Shown here piece by piece: positions 54,284-64,000 of a stretch of 64,000 nt of DNA (position 1 is its first letter; each line of letters starts with the position of its first letter). The stretch spans positions 128,154 to 192,153 of the forward strand of contig JAPLZK010000002.1 in the NCBI GenBank assembly GCA_026395055.1, in the 5' to 3' direction. The translations under genes were made by a program, and so were the position numbers. Source of the DNA: Candidatus Uhrbacteria bacterium (GTDB taxonomy: Bacteria > Patescibacteriota > Patescibacteriia > UBA9934 > GWF2-40-263). The notes beneath the pieces are model-generated. The model saw only the letters and a list, made by a program, of their open reading frames with translations. It made no database searches and was not told where the DNA came from.

Positions 54284-55477
54284 ATGGCAGAAGCATTTGC
54301 GCGCAACAAGCCGCACGTTAACGTTGGAACCATCGGTCACGTTGACCACGGTAAAACGACAACAACAGCTGCCCTCCTCGCCGTTTTGGGTGCGAGAGGA
54401 TTGGCTGCACAATCAAAGGGAATGGACGATTTGGATAAAGCACCAGAGTCAAAAGCTCGTGGAATCACAATCGCAACCGCTCACTGTGAATATGAGTCAG
54501 AAAAGCGTCACTACGCTCACGTGGACTGTCCAGGACACGCTGACTACATCAAGAACATGATCACAGGTGCTGCTCAAATGGACGGCGCAATCTTGGTTGT
54601 TTCTGCTGCAGACGGCCCAATGCCACAAACTCGTGAGCACATTTTGCTCGCACACCAAGTTGGAGTTCCAGCTATGGTGGTCTTCTTGAACAAAGTTGAC
54701 ATGGTAGATGATCCAGAACTTATTGATCTTGTTGAAGAAGAAGTTCGTGATCTTTTGAAAAAATACAAATTCCCTGGAGATGAAGTGCCTGTTATTCGCG
54801 GATCCGCTTTGAAAGCACTCCAAAACCCAACAGATCCAGAAGCATCAAAGTGCATCATGGACATCGTTGCAGCTTTGGACAACTACATCCCAGAACCAGT
54901 TCGTGAAGTAGACAAGCCACTTCTTATGCCTATTGAGGACGTATTCTCAATCGAAGGTCGTGGAACCGTGGTTACAGGTCGTATCGAACGTGGAACCATC
55001 AACTTGAACGATGAAGTTCAATTGGTCGGTATTCACGAAGAACCAACAAAAACAATCGTTACCGGAATTGAAATGTTCAACAAGTCTTTGGCGCAAGGAC
55101 TTGCTGGTGACAACGCAGGAATTCTCCTTCGTGGTGTTAAGAAAGAAGACGTTGAGCGCGGAATGGTTCTTGCGAAACCAGGATCCATCACCCCTCACAC
55201 AGACTTCGAAGCTGAAATCTACGCCCTCACAAAAGAGGAAGGTGGACGCCACAAACCATTCTTTAAAGGATATAAGCCACAGTTCTACGTCCGAACAACA
55301 GACGTTACGGGTGAAGTTGTCCTTCCAGAAGGAACAGAAATGGTTATGCCTGGAGACACGGTTAGCGCAACCGTTAAATTGATTCATCCAGTTGCTCTCG
55401 AAGAAAAGATGACATTCGCAATTCGCGAAGGTGGAAAAACCGTTGGAGCTGGAATCGTTGTAAAAATTATCAAGTAA
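54284..55477 (+). CDS. tuf: Elongation factor Tu
   Basis: [20 protein letters not shown] and NKVD. Confidence 0.99.
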   Translation: MAEAFARNKPHVNVGTIGHVDHGKTTTTAALLAVLGARGLAAQSKGMDDLDKAPESKARGITIATAHCEYESEKRHYAHVDCPGHADYIKNMITGAAQMDGAILVVSAADGPMPQTREHILLAHQVGVPAMVVFLNKVDMVDDPELIDLVEEEVRDLLKKYKFPGDEVPVIRGSALKALQNPTDPEASKCIMDIVAALDNYIPEPVREVDKPLLMPIEDVFSIEGRGTVVTGRIERGTINLNDEVQLVGIHEEPTKTIVTGIEMFNKSLAQGLAGDNAGILLRGVKKEDVERGMVLAKPGSITPHTDFEAEIYALTKEEGGRHKPFFKGYKPQFYVRTTDVTGEVVLPEGTEMVMPGDTVSATVKLIHPVALEEKMTFAIREGGKTVGAGIVVKIIK

Positions 55478-55531
55478 TTAACGAGTGGGGGGTGCTTTTC
55501 ATCCCTCACTTACCGTTCTTTCTTTCACATT

Positions 55532-55870
55532 GTGACTAATACCCCAACAAAAAAAGAACAAGAAGACAAACCACGCCTTCGTATCAAAATTCGTGCGTAT
55601 GATAGCAAGATCATTGATCAAGCTACAGAAACGATTTTGAAAACAGTAGAGCGTTCCGGAGCAAAAGTGATTGGTCCAATTCCTCTTCCAACAGAGAAGA
55701 AGAAATACACGGTCAACCGCTCAACCTTCGTTCACAAAGATTCTCGTGATCAGTTTGAAATGCGCGTTCATAAACGCATCATCGACATCACAGAAACAAC
55801 AGACAAAACCATCGATGCTCTTATGAGCTTGAACCTTCCAGCAGGTGTCGATGTCGAAATCAAAACCTAA
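55532..55870 (+). CDS. rpsJ: 30S ribosomal protein S10
   Basis: GPIPLPT and [15 protein letters not shown]; GTG start. Confidence 0.97.
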   Translation: MTNTPTKKEQEDKPRLRIKIRAYDSKIIDQATETILKTVERSGAKVIGPIPLPTEKKKYTVNRSTFVHKDSRDQFEMRVHKRIIDITETTDKTIDALMSLNLPAGVDVEIKT

Positions 55871-56171
55871 CCCTGACTTCGGTCAGGTCTCAGAGTAAAG
55901 AGATTCTCTTTCTTCCGAGATCTGTCTGAAGATCTACCAATCAATTGAACAAGGAAGAAAGATCTTATGCATCTGGTGTGTATCCTGAAGAAAACCTTCC
56001 TGAGCTTTGAGAGATTGTTGCGGAGATTATTACATTGTCCATAAACATCCTTCGTACAAGTTTACCTCCAGTATTTTGGAGATCGTTGTATTAGGGGCTA
56101 GAAGCCGATCGTTATTCGCAAGAATGAAGATCGACTTCTAGCTTTTGTGCTAGTAAGCATTGAAAACACGT

Positions 56172-56804
56172 ATGCCATTTATCATCGGACGCAAAGTCGA
56201 AATGACACAACAATTTAAGGATGACGGTACCGTCGTTCCGGTTACGCTTATCAAAGCGGAACCAAACATCGTTACACAAATCCGTGAAGAAGCACGCGAC
56301 GGTTACGTTGCTGTGCAAATTGGATCTGAAGTCACAACCAAATCGCTCGTAAAGAGTGAAGCGGGTCACTTGCAAGATCTTCCGCAACTTAAAACCTTGC
56401 GTGAATTTCGTGTGGCTGGTGTTCCAGAAAATTATGTGCGCGGAACAGAAATCCGTGTAAGTGATTTTGTGCCCGGTACAAAAGTTGACATTGTCGGTGT
56501 TTCAAAGGGTCGTGGATTTGCTGGTGTTATGAAACGCCACCACTTCGCAGGAAGTAAAGCAACTCACGGTAACAAAGATCAACAGCGTATGGGAGGTTCC
56601 ATTGGTTCACAACGCCAAGGAAAAGTTATTAAGGGTCAGCGCATGGGTGGTCATATGGGTGACGTGCGTGTGACAGTAAAAAATCTTGAAGTCGTTTCTT
56701 TTGATGCAGATAAAAACTTACTTGCTGTCAAAGGTGCGATTCCAGGAGCTCGTGGAGGACTTATCCTGGTTCGTTCACATGAAAGAAAACAATTATGGCA
56801 GTAG
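56172..56804 (+). CDS. rplC: 50S ribosomal protein L3
   Basis: GRKVEMTQ, SKGRGFAGVMKRH and GHMG. Confidence 0.97.
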   Translation: MPFIIGRKVEMTQQFKDDGTVVPVTLIKAEPNIVTQIREEARDGYVAVQIGSEVTTKSLVKSEAGHLQDLPQLKTLREFRVAGVPENYVRGTEIRVSDFVPGTKVDIVGVSKGRGFAGVMKRHHFAGSKATHGNKDQQRMGGSIGSQRQGKVIKGQRMGGHMGDVRVTVKNLEVVSFDADKNLLAVKGAIPGARGGLILVRSHERKQLWQ

Positions 56805-57430
56805 TATCCCTCTACAATACAACCGGTGCAAAAGTAGGATCGCTTACACTTGAAGCGAGCTTGTTTGACGTGAAAATGAGCCCAGCGCTTATTCACGAAG
56901 CAGTTGTTGCACAACAAGCAAACTCTAGAGAAGCAATCGCTCACACCAAAACTCGTGGTGAGGTTGCGGGCTCAAGTAAGAGACCATGGAAACAAAAAGG
57001 AACAGGACGTGCTCGTCACGGATCTACAAAGTCTCCAATTTGGATCGGTGGTGGTATCAGCTTTGGGCCACGTAATGATCGTAACTTCTCTCTCAAAATC
57101 AACAAACGCGCAAAACGAAAAGCTCTTGCAATGGTCTTGTCTGAGAAAGTTGCAACAGATCGTTTCGTCACACTCGAAGCATTTGATTTGAAGGAAGGAA
57201 AAACAAAAGAGTTGGCAATGATTCTCAAAAACTTGCCAATTTCAAAAAAGAAAACCCTCATCATTCTTCCTCCAGCACAAAAAGATATCGCGATTGCTGC
57301 AAAGAACATGAAGGGAATTGAAACAATGCCAGCCAACACGCTGAACGTTGTAGATCTTTTGAAGGCAGATGTCGTGTTGATCTCAAAAGAAGCGGTTGAA
57401 ATGGTCACTCAAATTTACAAGCGAGCGTAA
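56795..57430 (+). CDS. rplD: 50S ribosomal protein L4
   Basis: KTRGEV.G...PWKQKGTGRARHGS. Confidence 0.97.
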   Translation: MAVVSLYNTTGAKVGSLTLEASLFDVKMSPALIHEAVVAQQANSREAIAHTKTRGEVAGSSKRPWKQKGTGRARHGSTKSPIWIGGGISFGPRNDRNFSLKINKRAKRKALAMVLSEKVATDRFVTLEAFDLKEGKTKELAMILKNLPISKKKTLIILPPAQKDIAIAAKNMKGIETMPANTLNVVDLLKADVVLISKEAVEMVTQIYKRA

Positions 57431-57435
57431 ACGGT

Positions 57436-57816
57436 ATGGGAATTTTTAAAAAAAACAATTCAAAAGCGATCGTGCCGAAGGTGGCTAAAGAAAAGACAGA
57501 TGCTCCCGTTTCTGAAACAAAGAAACTTGCCGCATTCGTCTCTTCTGTGCTTATTCGCCCGATCGTAACAGAAAAGAGTGCGATTCTCGCTTCAAAAAAT
57601 TCGTATGTCTTTGCGGTTGCAAAGTCTGCAAATAAAATTGAAGTAGCCGCAGCTATTCGAAAGATGTATGGCATGTTGCCAGAGTCTGTGAACATCCAAA
57701 ATGTGCGTGGAAAATACGTACGTCGCGGAAAGGTTGATGGACATCGCAAGGCTTGGAAAAAAGCTATCGTTACATTGCCTAAAGGAAAAACTTTGAATAT
57801 TTACGAAGGGGTCTAA
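57436..57816 (+). CDS. rplW: 50S ribosomal protein L23
   Basis: PIVTEKS, ANKIEV and WKKAIVTL. Confidence 0.95.
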   Translation: MGIFKKNNSKAIVPKVAKEKTDAPVSETKKLAAFVSSVLIRPIVTEKSAILASKNSYVFAVAKSANKIEVAAAIRKMYGMLPESVNIQNVRGKYVRRGKVDGHRKAWKKAIVTLPKGKTLNIYEGV

Positions 57817-57846
57817 TCTTGGCAGCAAACAGAATTAACAACACTT

Positions 57847-58698
57847 ATGCCAGTTAAACGCTATAAACCAACGACTGCCGGACGCCGCAATTCAAGTGTG
57901 GATACTTTTGAAGATCTCACAGCTTTTAAACCGTTGAAATCTCTTACTATCCACAAAAAGAAATTTGCAGGTCGTAATAATCAAGGAAAAATCACGGTTC
58001 GTCATCAAGGAGGGGGTGCAAAACAACGCATTCGTCTCGTAGATGCAAAGCGCGATAAATTTGATATTCCGGCAAAAGTCGCAACGATCGAATACGATCC
58101 AAACCGTGGTGCTCGTATCGCCCTTCTCTTCTATAAGGATGGAGAAAAGCGATACATTGTAGCTCCTATTGGCTTAAAGGTAGGTGATTCTGTTGTTTCT
58201 TCAAAAGTAAAAGGTGAAATTCAGACAGGAAATCGTTTCTGTCTTGAGCATATTCCAGTCGGAATTCAGGTGTATGACATCGAACTCCAACCTGGAAAAG
58301 GCGGGCAATTGGTGCGTGGAGCTGGTTCCACGGCACAGCTCATGGCCGTTGAGGGTCCTTACGCAACAGTGAAGTTGCCATCTGGAGAGATTCGGATGGT
58401 CTTCAAGCAGTGTATGGCAACCATTGGTCAAACTTCAAACCCAGATCGTCGATTGATTCGTTGGGGAAAAGCAGGTCGATCACGCCATCGCGGCATTCGT
58501 CCTTCTGTCCGTGGAAAAGCCATGAACCCAGTAGATCACCCACACGGTGGAGGAGAAGCTCGCAACTCAATTGGGTTGAAGCATCCAAAGACTCCTTCTG
58601 GAAAACCAGCGCTTGGTGTAAAGACGCGTCGCAAACAAGCTTCAGATAAACTCATCATTCAACGTCGTAAGAAGGGCCGATTCGTCGGCGGTAAGTAA
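57847..58698 (+). CDS. rplB: 50S ribosomal protein L2
   Basis: EYDPNR and [13 protein letters not shown]. Confidence 0.98.
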   Translation: MPVKRYKPTTAGRRNSSVDTFEDLTAFKPLKSLTIHKKKFAGRNNQGKITVRHQGGGAKQRIRLVDAKRDKFDIPAKVATIEYDPNRGARIALLFYKDGEKRYIVAPIGLKVGDSVVSSKVKGEIQTGNRFCLEHIPVGIQVYDIELQPGKGGQLVRGAGSTAQLMAVEGPYATVKLPSGEIRMVFKQCMATIGQTSNPDRRLIRWGKAGRSRHRGIRPSVRGKAMNPVDHPHGGGEARNSIGLKHPKTPSGKPALGVKTRRKQASDKLIIQRRKKGRFVGGK

Positions 58699-58702
58699 TC
58701 CT

Positions 58703-59041
58703 ATGTGACGCAGTTTGAAAAAAGGTCCCTACGTTCATCCGAAGCTGATCAAAAAGATCGGTAAGTTGAAAGCGGGAGACCAGACACCAATCAAAACATG
58801 GGCACGCTCTTCCACGATTACTCCGGAAATGCTTGGCTTCACATTTGCTGTGCATAACGGAAAAGATTTCATCAAAGTACGTGTCGTAGAAAACATGGTT
58901 GGACACAAGCTTGGGGAATTCTCCGCAACACGAAAGTTCGTTCGTCATGGTGGAAAGCTTCAGAAAGAATCTGAGGCAAGCGCCGGAACACCAAAAGCAG
59001 CTCCAAAAACAGCAGCAAAACCAGCTGCAAAGAAAAAATAG
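58703..59041 (+). CDS. rpsS: 30S ribosomal protein S19; codon 2 reads TGA (alternative TTG start at 58715)
   Basis: ATG TGA CGC AGT TTG AAA AAA GGT = M*RSLKKG, followed by KTWAR.STI, VHNGK and MVGHKLGEF. Confidence 0.9.
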
Positions 59042-59054
59042 TGATTGAACATGT

Positions 59055-59480
59055 ATGCAAGTGAAAGCTCACGCTCGCCATATCCGCATGTCATCCCGTA
59101 AGGTCCGTCTCGTGATTGACCTCATCCGTGGTGCTCGTGTAGAAAAAGCGCAAACACAACTTCGTTTCGCAAACAAACTCGCCGCTGAACCGGTGCTGAA
59201 ACTTTTGAATTCAGCAATCGCGAACGCTGTGCATAATTTTCAACTCAACAAAGACGATTTGAAAATTACATCCATCACCGCAGACGAAGGACCTATCTTG
59301 GATCGTTGGCACCCACGTGCACATGGTCGCGCGATGCCAATTCGTAAGCGTAGTACTCACATTTCAATCACTCTCGAAGCTATTCCACTTGTTGAAAAAG
59401 GAACAGTAAAGGAAGTGGTTGCAAAACCAGTTGCAAAAAAAGTCATCTCCAAAAAAACCGTAACCTCTAAGACCGAATAA
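59055..59480 (+). CDS. rplV: 50S ribosomal protein L22
   Basis: S.RKVRLV.DLIRG, SAIANA and PRAHGRA. Confidence 0.97.
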   Translation: MQVKAHARHIRMSSRKVRLVIDLIRGARVEKAQTQLRFANKLAAEPVLKLLNSAIANAVHNFQLNKDDLKITSITADEGPILDRWHPRAHGRAMPIRKRSTHISITLEAIPLVEKGTVKEVVAKPVAKKVISKKTVTSKTE

Positions 59481-59488
59481 AAACTTCT

Positions 59489-60139
59489 ATGGGACACAAG
59501 GTACATCCAAGAGGATTCAGAATCGGAGTCACACAAGGGTGGGACAGTCTTTGGTTCGCGGATTCAAAAAATTACGTTAAACTTCTTCAAGAAGATGTAA
59601 CGATTCGTGCTTTTCTCATGAAGACATTGAAAGATGCTCTTATTGATAAGGTAGAAATCGAACGTACACGTCAGGAAATCAAGATCATGATCTACTCTGC
59701 AAAGCCTGGAATCATTATTGGTCGTGGCGGAACAGGAATTGAAGATCTTTCCAAGAAAATCAAATCAAAGTTTTTTCCTGGAAAACGTGTCAAAATGTCC
59801 ATTAACGTAAAAGAGGTTCAAAATGCATCTCTTTCAGCAATGGTTGTTGGTCAACAAATCGCAACAGACATTGAAAAACGTATGCCATTTCGTCGTGTCA
59901 TGAAAGGAACTCTTGAGCGCGTTACAAAAGCTGGAGCGAAAGGCGTGAAGGTTGCTGTAAGCGGACGCTTAAATGGATCTGAGATTGCACGTCGTGAAAT
60001 GTTGGCACAAGGAAAAATTCCTTTGCACACACTTCGCTCAGATATTGATTACGCTTCCGTTACAGCTCGCACCATCTGGGGAGCAATCGGAATCAAGGTA
60101 TGGATTAACCGAGGAGAAGTTTTCGATAAAAAAGCATAG
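59489..60139 (+). CDS. rpsC: 30S ribosomal protein S3
   Basis: MGHKVHP.GFR.G, PGIIIG, GRLNGSEIAR and PLHTLR.DIDY. Confidence 0.98.
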   Translation: MGHKVHPRGFRIGVTQGWDSLWFADSKNYVKLLQEDVTIRAFLMKTLKDALIDKVEIERTRQEIKIMIYSAKPGIIIGRGGTGIEDLSKKIKSKFFPGKRVKMSINVKEVQNASLSAMVVGQQIATDIEKRMPFRRVMKGTLERVTKAGAKGVKVAVSGRLNGSEIARREMLAQGKIPLHTLRSDIDYASVTARTIWGAIGIKVWINRGEVFDKKA

Positions 60140-60150
60140 GATAGAAATTT

Positions 60151-60570
60151 ATGTTAATGCCGAAGAAGGTAAAACATCGCAAATCTCACAAAGGACGCGG
60201 TCGCGGAAAACGTCTTGCAACTCGCATGACAACCGTTGCGTTCGGAGATTTTGCTATCAAAGCAACAACAGAAGCATGGGTAACCTCACGTCAGATTGAA
60301 GCTGCTCGCCGCGCAATGACACGTGCCATTAAGCGTGGAGGAAAAGTTTGGATCCGTATTTTCCCAGATAAGCCTGTAACCTCAAAAGGTTCCGAAATGC
60401 CTATGGGAAAAGGAAAGGGAGCCGTGGATCACTACGTAGCTGTCATTCGTCCCGGAACGGTCATGTTCGAAATGGGTGGAATTTCTGAAGAACTTGCACG
60501 TCATGCACTTACGCTCGCAGCAAGTAAGCTTCCGCTCAAGACCAAGATCATCTCTCGTGAAATTGCTTAA
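60151..60570 (+). CDS. rplP: 50S ribosomal protein L16
   Basis: RQIEAAR, WIRIFPD and MGKGKG. Confidence 0.98.
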   Translation: MLMPKKVKHRKSHKGRGRGKRLATRMTTVAFGDFAIKATTEAWVTSRQIEAARRAMTRAIKRGGKVWIRIFPDKPVTSKGSEMPMGKGKGAVDHYVAVIRPGTVMFEMGGISEELARHALTLAASKLPLKTKIISREIA

Positions 60571-60575
60571 CCTGT

Positions 60576-60770
60576 ATGGATGCAAAAACTCTTCGACAAA
60601 AAACTCCAGATGCGCTTTTGCATGATATTCATGATGCAGGAGAAAAGCTGAAAGCACTTGAGTTTAAATTGTCTTCAAATCAAATTAAGAATGTGCGTGA
60701 AATTCGTCTGCTCAAAAAGCAGATGGCACGTATGCGCACACTCGTCCACGAATCTCAAAAGAACACATAA
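60576..60770 (+). CDS. rpmC: 50S ribosomal protein L29
   Basis: Operon position and IR..KK..AR..T motif. Confidence 0.9.
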   Translation: MDAKTLRQKTPDALLHDIHDAGEKLKALEFKLSSNQIKNVREIRLLKKQMARMRTLVHESQKNT

Positions 60771-60773
60771 CGT

Positions 60774-61019
60774 ATGAACACAAAGATTACCACAATTCGA
60801 CGCGCATTTACTGGGGTTGTCACTTCCAACAAAATGGAAAAGACAATCGTAGTTCGTGTTGACCGAACTCTTGTGCATCCAAAATATGGAAAGCGTTATG
60901 TGCGCAGTGAAAAGTTTCACGTGCATGCACCAACGGGCACATATGAAATCGGACAAACGGTCTCATTCAAGGAATGCCGCCCGCTTTCAAAAACAAAACG
61001 TTGGACCGTTGTCGCGTAA
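60774..61019 (+). CDS. rpsQ: 30S ribosomal protein S17
   Basis: KMEKTIVV, HPKYGK and ECRPLSKTKRW. Confidence 0.97.
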   Translation: MNTKITTIRRAFTGVVTSNKMEKTIVVRVDRTLVHPKYGKRYVRSEKFHVHAPTGTYEIGQTVSFKECRPLSKTKRWTVVA

Positions 61020-61099
61020 AACAAACAGTTCGTCGTTCGATGTTAGAAAATGATTAATCGTTTCCTGACTCGAACGACCAACTACAAACATTCAATTCT

Positions 61100-61471
61100 A
61101 TGGTACAAGAACTCTCAGTCATCAAAGTTGCAGATAATACAGGAGCGAAAAAGCTCATGGTTATTCGTGTACTTGGAGGTTTCCAAAAACGTTATGCTCA
61201 CTTGGGCGAACTTGTTGTGTGTTCAGTGAAAGAAGCTGTTCCACACGCAGCCGTCAAAAAAAGTGACGTCATCACAGCTGTGATGGTGCGTACACGTAAG
61301 GAAACACGCCGAAAAGATGGAACTTATATTCGTTTCGATGAAAACGCCGCTGTGATCATTGATAAGAAAACAAAAGATCCAAAAGGAACGCGTATTTTTG
61401 GACCAGTTGCTCGTGAATTGCGTGCGGGTGGATACAACAAAATTATTTCTCTTGCACCTGAAGTGCTCTAA
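61100..61471 (+). CDS. rplN: 50S ribosomal protein L14
   Basis: [20 protein letters not shown] and SLAPEVL. Confidence 0.98.
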   Translation: MVQELSVIKVADNTGAKKLMVIRVLGGFQKRYAHLGELVVCSVKEAVPHAAVKKSDVITAVMVRTRKETRRKDGTYIRFDENAAVIIDKKTKDPKGTRIFGPVARELRAGGYNKIISLAPEVL

Positions 61472-61483
61472 ATCACCCATCTT

Positions 61484-61807
61484 ATGAAAATCAAATCTGG
61501 CGACAAGGTCCGGGTTTTGACCGGAAAAGACAGAAACAAAGAGGGGAAAGTGCTTCAAGTGTTTCCAAACCTTAACCGTGTCGTTGTGGAGGGGGTAAAT
61601 ATCCTCACAAAGCACATGAAAGGACGCGGAGAACATGCAGGACAAAAAATTCAGTTTCCATCTCCTGTTCATGTCTCAAATGTTCAACTCATTTCAGAAA
61701 AGACAGGAACACATGGTCGAATTGGATACAAGATGATCGAAACAGAAGGTTTAAAGAAAAAGATTCGTGTGCTTCGTAAAAAAGGAACAACCGAGGATAT
61801 TGAATAA
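61484..61807 (+). CDS. rplX: 50S ribosomal protein L24
   Basis: GDKV.V..GKD...G, VVEGVN and HVSNV. Confidence 0.96.
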   Translation: MKIKSGDKVRVLTGKDRNKEGKVLQVFPNLNRVVVEGVNILTKHMKGRGEHAGQKIQFPSPVHVSNVQLISEKTGTHGRIGYKMIETEGLKKKIRVLRKKGTTEDIE

Positions 61808-61812
61808 AAATT

Positions 61813-62355
61813 ATGTCACTCAAAGATTCATACAAAACATCTGTCGTCCCTGAACTCATGAAAGAGTTTGGGTACAAAAATGTGAATGCGGTGCCTGTGG
61901 TCAACACAGTGACACTGAATATTGGAGTTGGGCCTGGCATGAAAGATGCAAAATTCCTTGAAACAACACAAAATACTTTAAAGCGAATTACGGGTCAAAG
62001 ACCTGTTTCCACAAAAGCACGTAAATCCATTGCTGGATTCAAGATCCGTGAGGGAAGCGTTGTGGGAGTGATGGTCACGCTTCGTGGAAAGCGCATGTGG
62101 GACTTTTTAGAAAAATTGATCAACGTCTCATTGCCACGCGTACGCGACTTTCGTGGGCTTTCTCCAAAATCCTTTGATGGAAATGGAAATTACTCCATTG
62201 GTTTCAAAGAACACATGGCGTTCCCAGAAATTTCAAGTGAAGAAATTGAAATCACACATGGAATTCAAGTCACAATCGCAACATCCGCTAAAACAGATAA
62301 GGAAGCAGAAGCTTTGCTCAAACACTTGAGACTTCCTCTCAAACAAGACGCATAA
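61813..62355 (+). CDS. rplE: 50S ribosomal protein L5
   Basis: ITGQ.P, FKIREG and LPRVRDFRG. Confidence 0.98.
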   Translation: MSLKDSYKTSVVPELMKEFGYKNVNAVPVVNTVTLNIGVGPGMKDAKFLETTQNTLKRITGQRPVSTKARKSIAGFKIREGSVVGVMVTLRGKRMWDFLEKLINVSLPRVRDFRGLSPKSFDGNGNYSIGFKEHMAFPEISSEEIEITHGIQVTIATSAKTDKEAEALLKHLRLPLKQDA

Positions 62356-62356
62356 T

Positions 62357-62542
62357 ATGGCAACAGAAAATCAAATTGCAAAATCGAAAAAGAAACCTAA
62401 GTTCTCTACGCGCATCCACCGACGTTGTTGGAAGTGCGGAAGAAACCGTGGGTTTATGCGTGCGTTTCAGTTATGCCGTATCTGTTTTCGGGAGTTGGCA
62501 AACAAAGGAGAAATTCCAGGTGTAAGAAAATCAAGTTGGTAA
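62357..62542 (+). CDS. rpsN: 30S ribosomal protein S14 (zinc-binding type Z)
   Basis: RCWKCGR...LCRICFRE...GEIPGV.KSSW. Confidence 0.96.
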   Translation: MATENQIAKSKKKPKFSTRIHRRCWKCGRNRGFMRAFQLCRICFRELANKGEIPGVRKSSW

Positions 62543-62543
62543 T

Positions 62544-62936
62544 ATGATCACAGACCCAATCTCAGACATGCTCACACGAATCCGCAACGCGCAGGCTGTT
62601 AAAAAAGCTACGCTTGCTTTGCCGTACTCGAACATCAAGTTCGCGATTGCTAAAATTCTTGTAAAAGAAGGATTTGTTGAAAAAGCCGTGATGACAACGG
62701 AATCAAAATTTCCGATGATTCAGATTGATTTGAAGTATTCAAACAATCTTCCGGCCATTCAATCTATCCAACGCGTGAGTAAACCAGGACGCCGCGTTTA
62801 TACCAAGTCAGAAGACTTGCGTTCAATTTTGTCTGGACTCGGTATTACAATCGTATCCACTTCAAACGGACTCATGACCAATAAAGAAGCGCATGCTCGT
62901 CACCTTGGTGGTGAGGTGCTTTGTGAAGTGTATTAG
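62544..62936 (+). CDS. rpsH: 30S ribosomal protein S8
   Basis: DPISDMLTRIRNA, SKPGRRVY and GGEVLC. Confidence 0.98.
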   Translation: MITDPISDMLTRIRNAQAVKKATLALPYSNIKFAIAKILVKEGFVEKAVMTTESKFPMIQIDLKYSNNLPAIQSIQRVSKPGRRVYTKSEDLRSILSGLGITIVSTSNGLMTNKEAHARHLGGEVLCEVY

Positions 62937-62947
62937 AAAAAAACTAT

Positions 62948-63505
62948 ATGTCACGTGTTGGAAAAAAACTCATTCTTATTCCGAAAGAGGTTGAAGTAAC
63001 TGTCGATGATAAATTCATCGTAGTGAAAGGCCCTAAAGGATCTTTGTCACGGACTGTTCATCCGCTTGTTTCGCTTACGCTTACAGAAGATGCGGAAGGA
63101 AAACACCTTGCAGTTTCTGTTGTTGACGAAACGGAAAAGGTGAACCGATCTCAATGGGGAACAGCACGTACATTGATTGCAAACATGATCACGGGTGTAA
63201 CGGTTGGATTCAGCAAAAAACTTGAAGTGAACGGAGTTGGTTATCGCGTAAACCTTCAAGGAAACATTTTAAACTTGATTGTGGGATACTCCCACGACGT
63301 CCCATTCCTTCTTCCTGAAGGAATTACAGCAACTGTGGAAGGAAACGTGATTACCATTATCGGAATTGATAATGAAGTTGTGGGTGAGATTGCTGCGCGT
63401 ATCCGAAAAGTACGAAAACCTGAACCTTATAAAGGAAAAGGAATCAAATACACAGATGAGGTGGTACGTCGCAAGGCTGGTAAATCACAAAAGGCAGCTG
63501 CTTAA
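62948..63505 (+). CDS. rplF: 50S ribosomal protein L6
   Basis: MSRVGKK, VKGPKG and PEPYKGKGI. Confidence 0.98.
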   Translation: MSRVGKKLILIPKEVEVTVDDKFIVVKGPKGSLSRTVHPLVSLTLTEDAEGKHLAVSVVDETEKVNRSQWGTARTLIANMITGVTVGFSKKLEVNGVGYRVNLQGNILNLIVGYSHDVPFLLPEGITATVEGNVITIIGIDNEVVGEIAARIRKVRKPEPYKGKGIKYTDEVVRRKAGKSQKAAA

Positions 63506-63514
63506 CACAAACGT

Positions 63515-63865
63515 ATGAACGGATTGAAAAAACAACTTAGCCGCGCTCGTCGCGCACATCGCACACGTGTTTCTATGCACGGAACTGAACTCAAACCACG
63601 TTTGAGTGTTTCGCGCAGCTTGAAACATATTTATGTCCAGCTCATCAATGATGATAAGGGTGTAACAATGGCTTCTTGCTCTGATAAAGAGGTGAAAACA
63701 GATGCGTCTCCAATTGAAATCGCAAAAGAAGTTGGTGAAATGATTGCAAAAAAGGCGATTGCAGCTGGTGTAGAAGCGGTTGTATTTGATCGCGGTTCAT
63801 TTCGTTATCACGGCCGCGTGGCTTCTTTGGCAGATGGAGCACGTTCAGCAGGTTTGAAGTTCTAA
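63515..63865 (+). CDS. rplR: 50S ribosomal protein L18
   Basis: PRL.V.RS..HIY.Q and VFDRG...YHGRV..LADGAR..GL.F. Confidence 0.97.
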   Translation: MNGLKKQLSRARRAHRTRVSMHGTELKPRLSVSRSLKHIYVQLINDDKGVTMASCSDKEVKTDASPIEIAKEVGEMIAKKAIAAGVEAVVFDRGSFRYHGRVASLADGARSAGLKF

Positions 63866-63872
63866 TTTTGAT

Positions 63873-64000
63873 ATGACAAACGCACAAACAACTTCACGAC
63901 CAAAATCATCTACACCAGATCCTAAAAAATCTTTTGGTGGAAAAGGTGATACGCGCGGAAAAGGCGGAAAACGCCCAGACCGTGATAAAAAAGAACCAAG
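63873..64000 (+). CDS. rpsE: 30S ribosomal protein S5, N-terminal part (truncated by window end)
   Basis: Open frame from ATG 63873 with a Gly/Lys/Arg-rich N-terminal extension. Call rests on conserved gene order after rplR. Confidence 0.7.
   Translation, partial: MTNAQTTSRPKSSTPDPKKSFGGKGDTRGKGGKRPDRDKKEP

Noticed and set aside
58703-58708. Genetic code 25 (UGA=Gly) suggested by the TGA in rpsS
   Set aside because: All other long conserved genes are free of in-frame TGA, and TGA is used as a stop followed by terminators (for example 13625, 15490, 27355, 30149).
1-64000. tRNA/rRNA genes, prophage or IS elements
   Set aside because: No cloverleaf, rRNA-like, phage structural, integrase or transposase sequence was recognised by eye. 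A covariance-model scan would be needed to exclude small RNAs fully.

Overview
Bacterial chromosomal segment, most likely from a Patescibacteria/CPR (Parcubacteria/ABY1-like) genome. This assignment is inferred from gene content and from housekeeping genes that lack Shine-Dalgarno (SD) motifs; it was not verified by search. The genetic code is standard. Housekeeping genes are rny, truB, infB, trxA/trxB, leuS, ugd, comEC, ndk, murI, murA, the str operon and the S10/spc ribosomal protein cluster, which is truncated in rpsE at the window end. They are interleaved with stand-alone accessory genes that each have their own TTGACA-type promoter, SD motif and terminator. The most notable element is a ~10 kb minus-strand NAD(P) locus: nrtR | pncA - SLOG - SLOG - nadD/nadK fusion - pncB - NUDIX - radical SAM - nadE. 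It has two clear NrtR-type operators and a repeated double-hairpin element in almost every intergenic gap. It looks like an ADP-ribose-inducible NAD-reconstitution system carrying three enzymes of unexplained function. Other points of interest: nadA divergent from an Mqo-type oxidoreductase with no nadB/nadC in the window; a ~200-nt structured RNA candidate upstream of rny; a solo RelA/SpoT-like synthetase; an HrpA-like helicase with a long unrecognised C-terminal region; short palindromic and heptameric repeats inserted in frame in conserved genes; and an in-frame TGA at codon 2 of rpsS. No tRNA, rRNA, CRISPR array, integrase or transposase was recognised.
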